Both the position numbers and the translations under genes were made by a program. DNA of 64,000 nt from Carcharhinus longimanus (Eukaryota), in the NCBI GenBank assembly GCA_030264375.1, contig JASCQW010000027.1:75448324-75512323 (forward strand), in the 5' to 3' direction. The notes beneath the pieces were generated by a model that did not search any database, was not told the DNA's origin, and saw only the letters and a list, made by a program, of their open reading frames with translations. Shown here piece by piece: positions 63,261 to 64,000 of this stretch (position 1 is its first letter; each line of letters opens with the position of its first letter).

Positions 63261-64000
63261 TGACTCTGAAAAGAGAAAGGATTCAGATGAGCAACATGAA
63301 TAAGCTATTGCATGGACACAACATGGCAGATGTGGTCACGCCAACCCCATGGCTACAAGATATCAAGAGGAATAAAAGAGAAGAAAGGGTTTCACAAAAC
63401 CTTGATTCTCAGCATCAACATGTCAGGAAAGTTGATCAATTTCACCGTAACATTAAAACAGCATAAATTACCTGCTTCCCTTATCATGAAGTCAACCTTG
63501 GAAGGCCTTGAGTGGGAACATGTGTCCATTGAGCAATGTGATTAGCGCTGCACTAGCACTTCTTAAGCAATCCCATTCAAACATGGCACCAACAAGTCAG
63601 TGAGCATGGCAACCTTGAAACAGCTGCAACACCATTGCACACGTGGATGCAGTTGTACCAGAATGGCAGCAACTGAGCAAGGCAGTACATTTATCATTGG
63701 TTAGTGCTTGACCATTTTAAGAGGGAGCAGCATCTGGACAGCACCATCTCTCCAAACGCCAGCTTTCGTGGATGAATAATGGAGAGGCTTCATTCTAATA
63801 CTGAGCACCAATATCCTTTCAGACATCAGGACACAGTGCCCTGTTACTCTTCAACAGTGTGCACGCAAAGCTGCGAGTTATGTCCCCCTTTAGCAGACAC
63901 TTCTAATGTCACCGAGTGGAACCTACTTCTCTTGTTGCGATGAGAGTGGGAACGAAGAAATTAATGATGTTTAGCTTTAAATGCTGAGATTAAAACATGC

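Overview
Vertebrate genomic DNA, almost certainly a shark or other elasmobranch, judged from V-SINE/HE1-like, Deu-SINE-like, CR1, L2 and Penelope repeat families. The assembly is gapped. The window lies inside a large + strand gene that I recognise as DNMT3A (long DNMT3A1-type isoform). Only two coding exons are visible: a 47-nt exon at 34210-34256 (equivalent to human exon 5) and a 147-nt exon at 37842-37988 (equivalent to human exon 6, the H2AK119ub/acidic-patch-binding UDR segment). The rest appears intronic and is dominated by decayed transposons: SINEs, CR1/L2/RTE LINE fragments, a Gypsy pol remnant, a PIF/Harbinger transposase remnant with many non-autonomous TIR elements, and Penelope-type elements with degenerate hammerhead-like cores. 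Unexplained structures include a ~150-bp direct repeat bracketing the UDR exon, a perfect 21-bp-stem hairpin, an inverted triplication, a 183-bp tandem duplication, CTCF/YY1-like motifs and several repeat-free enhancer/promoter candidates. I found no convincing novel multi-gene system. Repeat family names and boundaries were assigned by eye and are approximate. Nearly all ORFs in the supplied track are spurious.
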